A stretch of DNA of 64,000 nucleotides from Gammaproteobacteria bacterium (GTDB lineage: Bacteria > Pseudomonadota > Gammaproteobacteria > Eutrophobiales > Eutrophobiaceae): contig OZ244905.1 of NCBI GenBank assembly GCA_965221695.1, forward strand, positions 352,001 through 416,000, given 5' to 3'. Of this stretch, positions 22,769 through 32,219 are shown one piece after another. Every line of letters begins with the position of its first letter. The first letter of the stretch is position 1. Both the position numbers and the translations under genes were made by a program. The notes under the pieces were generated by a model. That model had not been told where the DNA came from, ran no database searches, and worked only from the letters and a program-made list of their open reading frames with translations.

Positions 22769-23701
22769 ATGACTGACAATATTGCATTTGTATTTCCCGG
22801 ACAAGGTTCCCAGCGCGTAGGTATGTTCTCTGAGCTGGCGGCTAACTACCCGGTGGTAGCGAACACATTTGCCGAAGCATCGGCGATACTAGGTTATGAC
22901 CTGCTCGACCTGTGCCAGAACGGACCTGAAGAGACACTGAATCAGACCGAACACACCCAACCCGCGCTATTAACGGCGAGTTATGCTGCCTGGCGTATCT
23001 GGCAGGAGAAAGGAGGATACACTCCGAAGTATATGGCGGGGCATAGTCTGGGGGAGTATTCCGCTCTGGTTTGCGCCGGAGTCCTCAGCTTCAGCGACGC
23101 AGTCAGCTTGGTGGCCGCACGGGGCAGGTTTATGCAGGAAGCCGTGCCCAGAGGAACAGGCGCCATGGCTGCCGTTTCCGGCCTTGATGATGAGACGGTC
23201 ATCGAAGTTTGTGCCAAAGCTGCGCAGGGCGAGGTAGTTTCTGCGGCGAATTTCAATTTTCCAGGACAGGTGGTCATTGCCGGAGATGCGCGCGCGGTAG
23301 ATCGCGCCGGCAAACTGGCCAAGGCGTCCGGCGCGCGCAGAATCACACCTTTGCCGGTCAGCGCGCCATCGCATTGCCGATTGATGGAGCCTGCCGCACA
23401 CAAGTTGCAATCCCTGATGAACAGGATTACGTTTGCGCCTGCCGCGATTCCGGTTATCCAGAATGCCGATGCCTGTTTACGGACCGATCCGGAGGAGATC
23501 AAACAGTCTCTTGTTCTGCAGTTACATCAATCCGTGCTATGGTCAAAGTGCGTAGCCGTGATGCGACAGTTGGAAGTAACAAGAATGATAGAGTGTGGTC
23601 CCGGCAATGTGCTTGGCGGCTTGATCAGACGCATCGATAAAAATATTATCTGCGCCGGCATTGCAGATATGGAATCCCTGAACGCCGCATTATTGGTATA
23701 A
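22769..23701 (+). CDS. fabD: Malonyl-CoA:ACP transacylase
   Basis: FPGQGSQ, AGHSLGEY, VSAPSH. Confidence 0.97.
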   Translation: MTDNIAFVFPGQGSQRVGMFSELAANYPVVANTFAEASAILGYDLLDLCQNGPEETLNQTEHTQPALLTASYAAWRIWQEKGGYTPKYMAGHSLGEYSALVCAGVLSFSDAVSLVAARGRFMQEAVPRGTGAMAAVSGLDDETVIEVCAKAAQGEVVSAANFNFPGQVVIAGDARAVDRAGKLAKASGARRITPLPVSAPSHCRLMEPAAHKLQSLMNRITFAPAAIPVIQNADACLRTDPEEIKQSLVLQLHQSVLWSKCVAVMRQLEVTRMIECGPGNVLGGLIRRIDKNIICAGIADMESLNAALLV

Positions 23702-23709
23702 TTGCGTAT

Positions 23710-24459
23710 ATGGAGACGCATCTCAAACAGCAGGTTGCCCTGGTGACGGGCGCGAGCAGAGGAATCGGCAAAGCAATCGCCGAGCGGCTTGGGCGCGCCG
23801 GCGCATTTGTTGCAGGCACGGCCACGACAGAGATCGGCGCCGCGGGCATTGATGATTTTTTCAAGGAAACGGGAATAGACGGCAAAGGCTACGCGCTGGA
23901 CATCAGTTCAGAGGCTTCGGTCGCTCGGTTGGATGAAGGATTCAAAGCAAAGGAGATAGCGCCGTCAATCCTGGTAAATAATGCAGGCATCACCCGTGAC
24001 AACCTGATGCTGAGGATGAAGCAACAGGAATGGGATGAAGTCATTAACACCAACCTGAATGCGGTTTTTCGCCTGAGTAAACTGTGTCTGCGCAATATGA
24101 TCCGGTCGCGCTTTGGCCGGATAATCAACGTCACCTCCGTTGTGGCCCTTTCGGGGAATCCAGGACAAGCCAATTACGCTGCTGCCAAATCGGGCATCAT
24201 TGGCTTTACCCGCGCGCTGGCCAAGGAAACCGGTAGCCGCGGCGTCACTGTCAACTGCGTTGCGCCGGGTTTTATTGACACCGACATGACGACAAACATC
24301 GCAGGGGCGCAGCGCGAAAAACTAATCGAACAAATCCCTCTGGGACGTCTTGGTCTTGCCGATGATGTCGCTTATGCTGTTGAATTTATCGCTTCGCCCG
24401 CTGCCGGTTACATTACAGGCGAGGTGTTGAATGTAAATGGAGGCATGTATATGGCATAA
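23710..24459 (+). CDS. fabG: 3-oxoacyl-ACP reductase
   Basis: TGASRGIG, NNAGITRD, YAAAK, VNGGMYM. Confidence 0.97.
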   Translation: METHLKQQVALVTGASRGIGKAIAERLGRAGAFVAGTATTEIGAAGIDDFFKETGIDGKGYALDISSEASVARLDEGFKAKEIAPSILVNNAGITRDNLMLRMKQQEWDEVINTNLNAVFRLSKLCLRNMIRSRFGRIINVTSVVALSGNPGQANYAAAKSGIIGFTRALAKETGSRGVTVNCVAPGFIDTDMTTNIAGAQREKLIEQIPLGRLGLADDVAYAVEFIASPAAGYITGEVLNVNGGMYMA

Positions 24460-24674
24460 GGAATGATTGCGCGCGCCTGCAGGCCGACACAAAATCTTCC
24501 TGCCGGCTTACAGTGGGGTTATAATGGATATAATTGAAAGGAAACACAATCATACTGTTTCTTTGTTGTATAGATGTTCTTTGTATTACCAAAAAAACAA
24601 CTTGAAAGCAGGGATAATTTGGCTTATCGTACATCGGCTTTTGGTCTTAGTACCGTAGAAGGAGGTTAGATCAC

Positions 24675-24911
24675 ATGAGTAACGTTGAAGAACGAGTGGT
24701 AAAAATCATTGTAGAGCAACTGGGGGTTAAAGAGGAGGAAGTAACTAGTGAAGCATCTTTTGTTGATGATCTCGGGGCTGACTCGCTTGATACAGTAGAA
24801 TTAGTGATGGCGCTGGAAGAAGAATTTAAAATCGAAATACCCGATGAAGATGCGGAAAAAATAACAACTGTACAACAGGCAATTGACTATATTGACACGC
24901 ATCTTGAATGA
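24675..24911 (+). CDS. acpP: Acyl carrier protein
   Basis: [20 protein letters not shown]; GGAGG RBS. Confidence 0.98.
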   Translation: MSNVEERVVKIIVEQLGVKEEEVTSEASFVDDLGADSLDTVELVMALEEEFKIEIPDEDAEKITTVQQAIDYIDTHLE

Positions 24912-24933
24912 CTGCCGCAACTAAGTCCCTGAT

Positions 24934-24971
24934 AAGGCCGCTTCACTGGTTGACCGAGAGCGGCCTTTTTT
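24934..24971 (+). terminator. Intrinsic terminator after acpP
   Basis: AAGGCCGCT...AGCGGCCTT followed by a T run. Confidence 0.75.
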
Positions 24972-24998
24972 CATATATACCATTAATATTTTCCGAAA

Positions 24999-26237
24999 GT
25001 GAATAAACGAAGGGTTGTCATCACCGGCCTTGGTCTGGTTACTCCAGTAGGAAACACCGTCGCAGAAGCCTGGGAGAATGTACTGGCGGGCAGCAGCGGG
25101 ATTTCTACGATTTCTCACTTTGATGCCGATGGGTATCCTGTGAGAATAGCCGGGTTGATAAAAAACTTTGATCTGGATGCTTATGTATCCAGAAAAGAAC
25201 AAAAAAAGATGGGCGCCTTCGTGCATTATGGTATGGCGGCGGGTATTCAGGCGGTCAATGATGCCGGGATAGATGCGGATGGCGTTGACCCGCACCGAGT
25301 CGGGGTCGTCATCGGCTCAGGCATAGGCGGTATATCAGGCATAGAAAAAGGGACTGAAACCATCCTGAGCAGTGGTCCGAAAAGAATTTCGCCGTTCTTT
25401 GTGCCCGCCAATATTATCAATATGATTTCCGGCAATCTGTCTATCCGATATGGTTTCAAGGGACCCAATTTCTGCATTGTGACTGCCTGCGCAACCGGCG
25501 CCCACAACATCAGCGAAGCAGCCCGGCTTATTCAGTATGACGAGGCGGATGTAATGGTGGCCGGTGGGGCCGAATTTGCGTCATCTCGCACATCCATGGC
25601 TGGATTTGCCAATGCAAAAGCATTGTCTACGCGCAATGACGAACCGCAAAAAGCAAGCAGACCCTGGGACCGGGACAGGGATGGGTTTGTGTTGAGTGAT
25701 GGCGCCGGCGTCATAGTTCTGGAAGAGTTTGAACACGCCAGAGCCCGTGGCGCCACGATCTATGCCGAAATCATCGGTTTTGCCATGAATGGGGATGCTT
25801 ATCATATGACCGCCCCCTCGCAAGATGGAGACGGGGCAATACGGTGTATACAACTGGCTCTGAAGAATGCAGGTATCGATAGATCCGATATCGATTACAT
25901 TAATGCCCACGGCACCTCCACACCAGCAGGCGATGTCATCGAGAGCAATGCTGTAAAAGCAGTGTTTGGCGATCATGCAAGACGTTTTGCGATCAGTTCC
26001 ACAAAATCCATGACCGGTCATATGCTCGGGGCTGCCGGCAGTGTGGAGACCTTGTTCTGCGCTTTGGCATTACGGGATCAGGTGGCGCCACCTACTATCA
26101 ATCTGGATAATCCCGACCCCGACTGCGATCTGGATTATGTGCCCCACGCGGCGCGTGATATGAAATTAGACCATGTGTTATGCAATTCCTTCGGTTTCGG
26201 TGGCACCAACGGGTGCCTTATTTTGAAGCGCGTATAA
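24999..26237 (+). CDS. fabF: Beta-ketoacyl-ACP synthase II
   Basis: TACATG, NAHGTST, TKSMTGH, NSFGFGGTN. Confidence 0.97.
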   Translation: MNKRRVVITGLGLVTPVGNTVAEAWENVLAGSSGISTISHFDADGYPVRIAGLIKNFDLDAYVSRKEQKKMGAFVHYGMAAGIQAVNDAGIDADGVDPHRVGVVIGSGIGGISGIEKGTETILSSGPKRISPFFVPANIINMISGNLSIRYGFKGPNFCIVTACATGAHNISEAARLIQYDEADVMVAGGAEFASSRTSMAGFANAKALSTRNDEPQKASRPWDRDRDGFVLSDGAGVIVLEEFEHARARGATIYAEIIGFAMNGDAYHMTAPSQDGDGAIRCIQLALKNAGIDRSDIDYINAHGTSTPAGDVIESNAVKAVFGDHARRFAISSTKSMTGHMLGAAGSVETLFCALALRDQVAPPTINLDNPDPDCDLDYVPHAARDMKLDHVLCNSFGFGGTNGCLILKRV

Positions 26238-26268
26238 AAAGCCGAACAAGTTCGTCCGGTTTATTCAC

Positions 26269-27099
26269 GTGATCGAGACGCTGGTTAATGGCGAACCCGG
26301 CAGCGTCATATCCGTCCATGATCGCGGTCTTCAGTTCGGTGATGGCGTATTTGAGACAATCGCGGTCCAGTCGGGTGAGATGCTGTGCTACGAGGCGCAT
26401 TTTGCGAGGCTGGAAGCGGGTTGCCGGCATTTGTCGATTGTCTGCCCGCATCGAGGACTGCTTGAAGAAGAAGCCTATCGGCTGTGCCGGCCGTTTGCCT
26501 CGGCAACATTGAAGATAGTAGTCACCCGTGGCACGGGGAGGCGCGGTTACGGGTATCCTGAAGATATCAGTCCCAACAGGATACTGACAGTGCATGAGCG
26601 TCCGAGCTATCCGGCAGCCTATTATCGGGAAGGCGTCCCGTCGTACATATGTTCACGGCGTCTTACCCAGCAGCCGCACCTGGCAGGAATTAAACACCTG
26701 AACCGACTTGAACAGGTCCAGTTACGCGCGGAAATAGCCGCCACGCCTTATCCGGAAGGCGTCGCGCTGGATCAGGACGGCAATGTCATAGAAGGATCCA
26801 TGAGCAACCTGTTCATGGTAAAACAAGGCAAACTGATTACTCCCGATGTTTCTCGTTGTGGTGTCAAAGGCGTGATAAGACAATTAATCATTGAGCAAAA
26901 TAAAGCCGCGGGGATTGAAACTACTATTCGGGATATTAAACCGGAAGAATTATATGAGGCAGATGAAGTATTCTATTGCAACAGCTTGATTGGTATATGG
27001 CCGGTGAGGAGCATCGGCAATAAAGACTTCGGAAGGTTTGATACAATCCAGGAAATTATGAGGAAACTAACGACCGAAAATATTATCGCTACCGTCTGA
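26269..27099 (+). CDS. pabC: Aminodeoxychorismate lyase
   Basis: DRGLQFGDGVFET, KHLNRLEQ, EGSMSNLF; follows fabF. Confidence 0.93.
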   Translation: MIETLVNGEPGSVISVHDRGLQFGDGVFETIAVQSGEMLCYEAHFARLEAGCRHLSIVCPHRGLLEEEAYRLCRPFASATLKIVVTRGTGRRGYGYPEDISPNRILTVHERPSYPAAYYREGVPSYICSRRLTQQPHLAGIKHLNRLEQVQLRAEIAATPYPEGVALDQDGNVIEGSMSNLFMVKQGKLITPDVSRCGVKGVIRQLIIEQNKAAGIETTIRDIKPEELYEADEVFYCNSLIGIWPVRSIGNKDFGRFDTIQEIMRKLTTENIIATV

Positions 27100-28091
27100 T
27101 GAAGAAATTCTTATTCATCCCCGGCCTGGTTGGCATACTGGTCGGATGGTGGTTTTATCAGGATATGCAGGCACAGTTGAGCGCTCCTCTCAAGCTCGAC
27201 CGCCCTGAATATTTCACCATTGAGACCGGTATGTCTTTGTTCGCCATTGCCGCTGAGTTGGAGAAACGGGGCTGGTTTGAAGAACCGCTCTATCTGCAGC
27301 TCGAAGGCAAGTTGCGTGGGGTGGATGGTTTGATAAAAGCAGGTCAGTACCAGGTTGACCCCGGCGCCAGCGCACTTTTCCTGCTCGAGATGATCGTGGC
27401 GGGAAAGGTAACCCAACACGCATTGACGATACCGGAAGGTTGGCTGTTCAGGCAAATCGTGACTGCGCTACACCAGCATCCACATATCAGAAAGACATTG
27501 GTTTCAACAGACCCGGATCGTATCATGGCCGACATAGGTTATCCCGGATATTCTGCTGAGGGGCGTTTTTTCCCGGACACCTATTATTTTCCCGCCGATA
27601 CCGCTGACGTCGATTTTCTGCGTCGCGCGTTCAAACGGATGGAGTCCGTGTTAAACGAGGAATGGGAGAGACGCATGACCGGCTTGCCGTACCGATCGCC
27701 TTATCAGGCGCTGATCATGGCCTCGCTGATAGAAAAAGAGACCGCAGCGCCTAGCGAACGTGAAAAGATTGCCAGCGTGTTCATCCGCCGGCTCGAAAGA
27801 AACATGAAACTGCAAACAGACCCTACCATAATCTATGCCCTGGGAGAAAGCTATGATGGAGATATCAAGCATAAAGACCTGAACCTGGATTCTCCCTTCA
27901 ATACCTATCGTTACAAAGGCTTGCCGCCTACGCCAATCGCCGCGCCCGGAAGGGCTTCCATACGCGCGGCGCTACAGCCTGAACCTGGAGATGCCTTATA
28001 TTTTGTTGCTACCGGAGACAACGGGCGTCATCACTTTTCCACAACTTTGGATGAGCACAACAGGGCGGTAGCAAAGTACCAACTTAAATAA
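27099..28091 (+). CDS. mltG: Endolytic transglycosylase MltG
   Basis: N-terminal TM, ASLIEKET, LQTDPT, SPFNTY..GLPPTPI. Confidence 0.95.
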   Translation: MKKFLFIPGLVGILVGWWFYQDMQAQLSAPLKLDRPEYFTIETGMSLFAIAAELEKRGWFEEPLYLQLEGKLRGVDGLIKAGQYQVDPGASALFLLEMIVAGKVTQHALTIPEGWLFRQIVTALHQHPHIRKTLVSTDPDRIMADIGYPGYSAEGRFFPDTYYFPADTADVDFLRRAFKRMESVLNEEWERRMTGLPYRSPYQALIMASLIEKETAAPSEREKIASVFIRRLERNMKLQTDPTIIYALGESYDGDIKHKDLNLDSPFNTYRYKGLPPTPIAAPGRASIRAALQPEPGDALYFVATGDNGRHHFSTTLDEHNRAVAKYQLK

Positions 28092-28709
28092 ATGTTCATC
28101 ACGTTTGAAGGCATAGAAGGCGTAGGCAAAACCACTCAGGCAAAAGCGGCCTTTGAGCTGCTTGATACAATACACCCTGGCAAGGTTATTCTCACCAGAG
28201 AACCAGGCGGCACCGGTATTGGCGAGACCATCCGTAACATCATGTTACAGGCCGGCAAACACGATATCGACGGGATAACAGAAATGCTCCTGGTATTTAC
28301 GGCTCGCCGCCAGCACCTGTGCGAGATTATTAAACCATCTTTGGAGAATGGAAAAATCGTCTTGTGCGACAGGTTTACCGATGCGACATTTGCCTACCAG
28401 GGAGGGGGGCGCGGCGTCGATAGTAACTTGATAATTCAACTGCAGGATATCGTGCAGGATAACCTCAGGCCGGATCTCACCCTGCTGCTTGACGCGCCGG
28501 TTGAGATGGGGCTTGCGCGCATGAGCTCCCGCAATCAACCTGATAGGATGGAGGCTGAGACAATAAGTTTTTTTCAGCGGGTCCGGCGCAAATACCTGGA
28601 TTTGTCCGAGCAACATTCAGAGAGAATCCACGTCATCAATGCATCGAGAGAGGCTGAACATGTCACAGGGGAAATACGGCGAATACTTGAGACAAAGGGT
28701 TTATGCTGA
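28092..28709 (+). CDS. tmk: Thymidylate kinase
   Basis: FITFEGIEGVGKTT, TREPGG, CDRFTDATFAYQG. Confidence 0.96.
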   Translation: MFITFEGIEGVGKTTQAKAAFELLDTIHPGKVILTREPGGTGIGETIRNIMLQAGKHDIDGITEMLLVFTARRQHLCEIIKPSLENGKIVLCDRFTDATFAYQGGGRGVDSNLIIQLQDIVQDNLRPDLTLLLDAPVEMGLARMSSRNQPDRMEAETISFFQRVRRKYLDLSEQHSERIHVINASREAEHVTGEIRRILETKGLC

Positions 28710-28740
28710 ACGCGCCTGCATTCCCGACCCACAGGGCTGA

Positions 28741-29742
28741 TTGACTGCGATGCCTTACCCTTGGCAGATGAAACAATGGGAACAGCTCAGCCTTGCTGTA
28801 GATCAGAACAGGTTGGCGCATGCATTGTTGCTAAACGGCGCCGAAGGCAGCGGTATGGGCCAGTTTGCCAGGGATTTTTCACGCTACCTCTTGTGTGAAG
28901 CGCCGCCGCAGGGAGCGGCTTGTGAAACATGCCGATCCTGTATTTTGTTTAATGCCGGCAATCATCCGGACGTCAGGACGCTTAGCCCGGAAGATAATGG
29001 GGCCCAAATCAAGGTGGATGTGGTGCGTGAACTCATCGCCCACCTGCAACTCAGCGTCCAGTATGGCAAGCGTAAAATCGCGCTCTTAGAACCGGCCGAA
29101 GGGATGAATTGGCGCTCCGCTAACAGCTTATTGAAAACCCTGGAGGAGCCGACATCATCGACAATATTGATACTGGTTTCTTATCAGCCTGCCAGATTGC
29201 CCGCCACAATACGCAGCCGTTGCCAGAAGATCAATTTTAACCGGACTGACCGGCAGACAGCCACTGAGTGGCTGCGTGCGCGCATTGATCAACCCGCCCA
29301 AGTTGATGAATTGCTTGAACTTGCCGGCGGCGCGCCGCTCAAGGCGCTGGACCTGTATGAAGCTGATGCGCTACAAAACAGGGAGGAAATGCTGGATGAT
29401 TTGCAGCAAGCGGCCCAGTTGCATACAGCCCCCATCCATATTGCAGAAAAATGGCAGAAACATGATATAGTTGAAGCGCTGAATCGGTTACTTTTCCTGT
29501 TCAGCAAAATGGCGACGTTGCGCGCCGTGGGGAAAGGAGAGGCTGCCGAGCAATCCGATTTTGATAGCAGACTATGCCGCATTGCAAGCACAATCCCAGT
29601 CTCGGGACTGGTCGAATGTTACGATTTGTCCTTGAAGAACTACTGTCTGTTGACTGGCGAGACCAACCTTAACAAGCAAAGCCTGCTGGAAGAAATTATC
29701 GTGTTCTGGCAATCCTTGCACAGGCGAGCCTGGGCCGGCTAG
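28741..29742 (+). CDS. holB: DNA polymerase III delta' subunit
   Basis: YPWQ, Zn-binding C..C..C..C, HPD, ANSLLKTLEEP, TIRSRC. Confidence 0.95.
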   Translation: MTAMPYPWQMKQWEQLSLAVDQNRLAHALLLNGAEGSGMGQFARDFSRYLLCEAPPQGAACETCRSCILFNAGNHPDVRTLSPEDNGAQIKVDVVRELIAHLQLSVQYGKRKIALLEPAEGMNWRSANSLLKTLEEPTSSTILILVSYQPARLPATIRSRCQKINFNRTDRQTATEWLRARIDQPAQVDELLELAGGAPLKALDLYEADALQNREEMLDDLQQAAQLHTAPIHIAEKWQKHDIVEALNRLLFLFSKMATLRAVGKGEAAEQSDFDSRLCRIASTIPVSGLVECYDLSLKNYCLLTGETNLNKQSLLEEIIVFWQSLHRRAWAG

Positions 29743-29757
29743 CTGCAAATTATAATC

Positions 29758-30546
29758 ATGGCAAGTTCTTATCTAGTCGATTCCCATTGTCATATTCCGC
29801 TGGTAGAGATGGAAGGCGGAACTGATGCCGTCATCAGCGCGGCGCAGAAGGCCGGGGTAGGGCATATGCTTTGTGTTTCTATCGACCTTGAATCCTATGC
29901 TGAAATCAAACATCTGATCGATTCCAACACATGTGTATCCGCTTCAGTTGGTGTGCATCCCAATTCAGCAAAGGAGATCGAACTGTCCGAACAAAACCTG
30001 CTGGACCTTGCCGATGATGCCAAGGTGATTGCTATCGGTGAAACCGGTCTGGATTATTACCGAAGCCAAGGCGACCTGACGTGGCAAAGACAGCGTTTCC
30101 GCACCCATATTCGGGCCGCCAGACAGATTGGCAAACCTCTTGTTATCCATAGCCGTGAAGCTCGCAGAGATGTCATAAATATCCTCAGAGAAGAAGGCGC
30201 AGATGATGTGGGTGGGGTGATGCACTGCTTCGTTGATGATATTGAAACGGCAAAACAGGCCATGGATCTGAATTTTTATATTTCATTTTCCGGCATCGTC
30301 ACTTTTCGCAATGCACAAGATTTGCAGCAGGTGGCGCGGCAACTTCCTTTGGAGCGGATCCTGGTTGAAACCGATGCCCCCTATCTGGCGCCGGTACCTT
30401 ACCGCGGCAAACAGAACCAGCCGGCATATGTTCGCCATGTCGCGGAAAAAATCGCTGAATTACAAGAAGTTGATTTGGAAGAAGTAATTTTCACGACTAC
30501 CCGCAATTTTGAAAACCTGTTTTCAGTGGCGCTGATGTCTGGCTGA
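29758..30546 (+). CDS. TatD family nuclease (YcfH-like)
   Basis: DSHCH, GETGLDY, IHSR, MHCF, VETDAPYLAP. Confidence 0.95.
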   Translation: MASSYLVDSHCHIPLVEMEGGTDAVISAAQKAGVGHMLCVSIDLESYAEIKHLIDSNTCVSASVGVHPNSAKEIELSEQNLLDLADDAKVIAIGETGLDYYRSQGDLTWQRQRFRTHIRAARQIGKPLVIHSREARRDVINILREEGADDVGGVMHCFVDDIETAKQAMDLNFYISFSGIVTFRNAQDLQQVARQLPLERILVETDAPYLAPVPYRGKQNQPAYVRHVAEKIAELQEVDLEEVIFTTTRNFENLFSVALMSG

Positions 30547-30597
30547 AAACAGGATCTTTTTGTTTTTTTGCCATGTAAGTTGTGCCAACTAACCTAA

Positions 30598-30820
30598 GGG
30601 ACCTCTGATTAAGTCAGAGGTTCCTGCGATACAGGGATGTATCGCCACAAATCCGCCTGGAGCGGATTTGGACATCCGAAGGATGCCCGAAGGGTGTGCG
30701 CCATGGAAGGTGCACATCAAATTCAATGATGATAAGTCATTGAATTTGAGAGCAAAACAAAAATCGCATTTTTGTTTTGCGTGCTCTGACAAGTCCAGGA
30801 TGGTCTTGTTCAGAGCTTCC
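30598..30820. mobile_element. Long MITE (family A), 223 bp, CTAA target-site duplication
   Basis: Ends GGGACCTCTGA.../...TCAGAGCTTCC, CTAA on both sides (30594-97, 30821-24), chain of internal hairpins; inverted homolog at 34525-34673. Confidence 0.85.
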
Positions 30821-30832
30821 CTAAGTGGCATA

Positions 30833-30946
30833 CCATTCCCGTGCAAACGGGAATCCAGTGAAACAAAGGGGTCGCCCCCGTTTTTCGGGGGCACGTTCTA
30901 CGGGCGACACAATATTCCGCTGGACTCTCGCTGTTGCGGCGCCGAC
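30833..30946. repeat. dRS3/REP-like element (ATTCCC-N8-GGGAAT) with a degenerate partner arm
   Basis: CATTCCCGTGCAAACGGGAATCCAG ... CTGGACTCTCGCTGTTGCGG; related copy at 58651-58676. Confidence 0.6.
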
Positions 30947-31011
30947 ACAGAAAACACCCTGGCTTGTGCCAACAGTTATATGGTTTTTAGAATCCTAAAT
31001 ATTAATAATTA

Positions 31012-32148
31012 TCAAATAAATGAACTTAAAATATCAAGTGATTTATCAATTTGTGTCACGCTGTTATAGTAATGGGGAGAAAATCGGATTGCGCCGCCGC
31101 GTAGAGCGCAGATGACCTGATTCTGCATTAGCTGTTGATATAATATTTGTGGAGTTGTCCCGATGACATTAAAAGCGACAATGCCTGCTCTTTGGCGCGG
31201 ATGCGCGGGCGTAATGAGACGAACATTGCCAAGTTCTGTCAGTCTTTGCATCAGGTAGGAAACCTTGTGTTGCAGCTCTCGCTCGATCCAGTCTATGCCC
31301 AACTCTTCGATCAGGCTCAGACTAGCAGACAGGGCAAAGATGCCCAACAGGTTGTTTGAGCCCGGTTCAAAGCGTCGGGCGGTTTCTGAGGGCTGCCAGG
31401 CGCTGATATCGAAATCATCCGGCGTTGTGGTCATGTGCCAGCCGTACTGGCACAAGCTCAATTGGTCCCGAACCGTCTCATTGCAATAAAACAAGGCAAT
31501 GCCTTCCGGCCCCAACATCCATTTGTGGCCGTCAGCCATAACGAAGTCAGCCCGAATCTTCCGCACATCGATGGCATGCGCGCCGATACTCTGGATGGCG
31601 TCGACACAAAACAGGATCTCGTTGGCTTTGCAAAATTCTCCCAAACGTTCCAGGTCCAGCCGAATACCACTGCTGAATTGCACCGAACTAACGCTGAGCA
31701 ACCGGGTGCGGTCATCACATGCCTCGATCAATGCCTGTTCCGGAGGTCGCTTGCGGATATTCACCTTTTTCAGAATGACACCGTGTTTCTTTTGCGCGTC
31801 CCAGGGTATCCAGTTGGAAGGAAATTCCTCGGCGGACGTTACCACGTTATCACCTTGCTTCCAACTGATGCCTGACGCCACGACTGATAAGGCTTCCGAG
31901 GTGTTTTTCAGCAAAGCGATATCATCCGTTGACGGCGCGTTGATAAGTTCTTTGATCTGGCCGCGCAAGCGGTTTTCTTTTTCACTGAACAAGTGGTACC
32001 TGCTGGCGCCATAGACGACATTTTCCCGGGCAAAGTCCGTTACCGCGTTCCGGGCGCGCGCGGGCCACGGCGCCACGCCCGCATGATTCAGGTATATCAA
32101 CCGTTCCGCTTGAGGAAATTCAGTTTGTATTATGTTATCTTTCAGCAT
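31012..32148 (-). CDS. Class V PLP-dependent enzyme (cysteine desulfurase/lyase-like)
   Basis: YLNHAG, EFPSN, VDAIQS, DGHKWMLGPEG, RFSPHYYN. Confidence 0.88.
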   Translation of the reverse strand: MLKDNIIQTEFPQAERLIYLNHAGVAPWPARARNAVTDFARENVVYGASRYHLFSEKENRLRGQIKELINAPSTDDIALLKNTSEALSVVASGISWKQGDNVVTSAEEFPSNWIPWDAQKKHGVILKKVNIRKRPPEQALIEACDDRTRLLSVSSVQFSSGIRLDLERLGEFCKANEILFCVDAIQSIGAHAIDVRKIRADFVMADGHKWMLGPEGIALFYCNETVRDQLSLCQYGWHMTTTPDDFDISAWQPSETARRFEPGSNNLLGIFALSASLSLIEELGIDWIERELQHKVSYLMQRLTELGNVRLITPAHPRQRAGIVAFNVIGTTPQILYQQLMQNQVICALRGGAIRFSPHYYNSVTQIDKSLDILSSFI

Positions 32149-32219
32149 CTTTATTTTGTGCCTGACTCCATCTTATGCATCATACCTTACGACACTTTGG
32201 ATACAACCGGTCCTGACCT

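Noticed and set aside
24467-24658. 63-aa ORF between fabG and acpP
   Set aside because: No motif, and it occupies the expected acpP promoter region
30589-31069. ORFs 30589-30894 (-) and 30668-31069 (+)
   Set aside because: They are translations of MITE and REP-like repeats with no protein motifs
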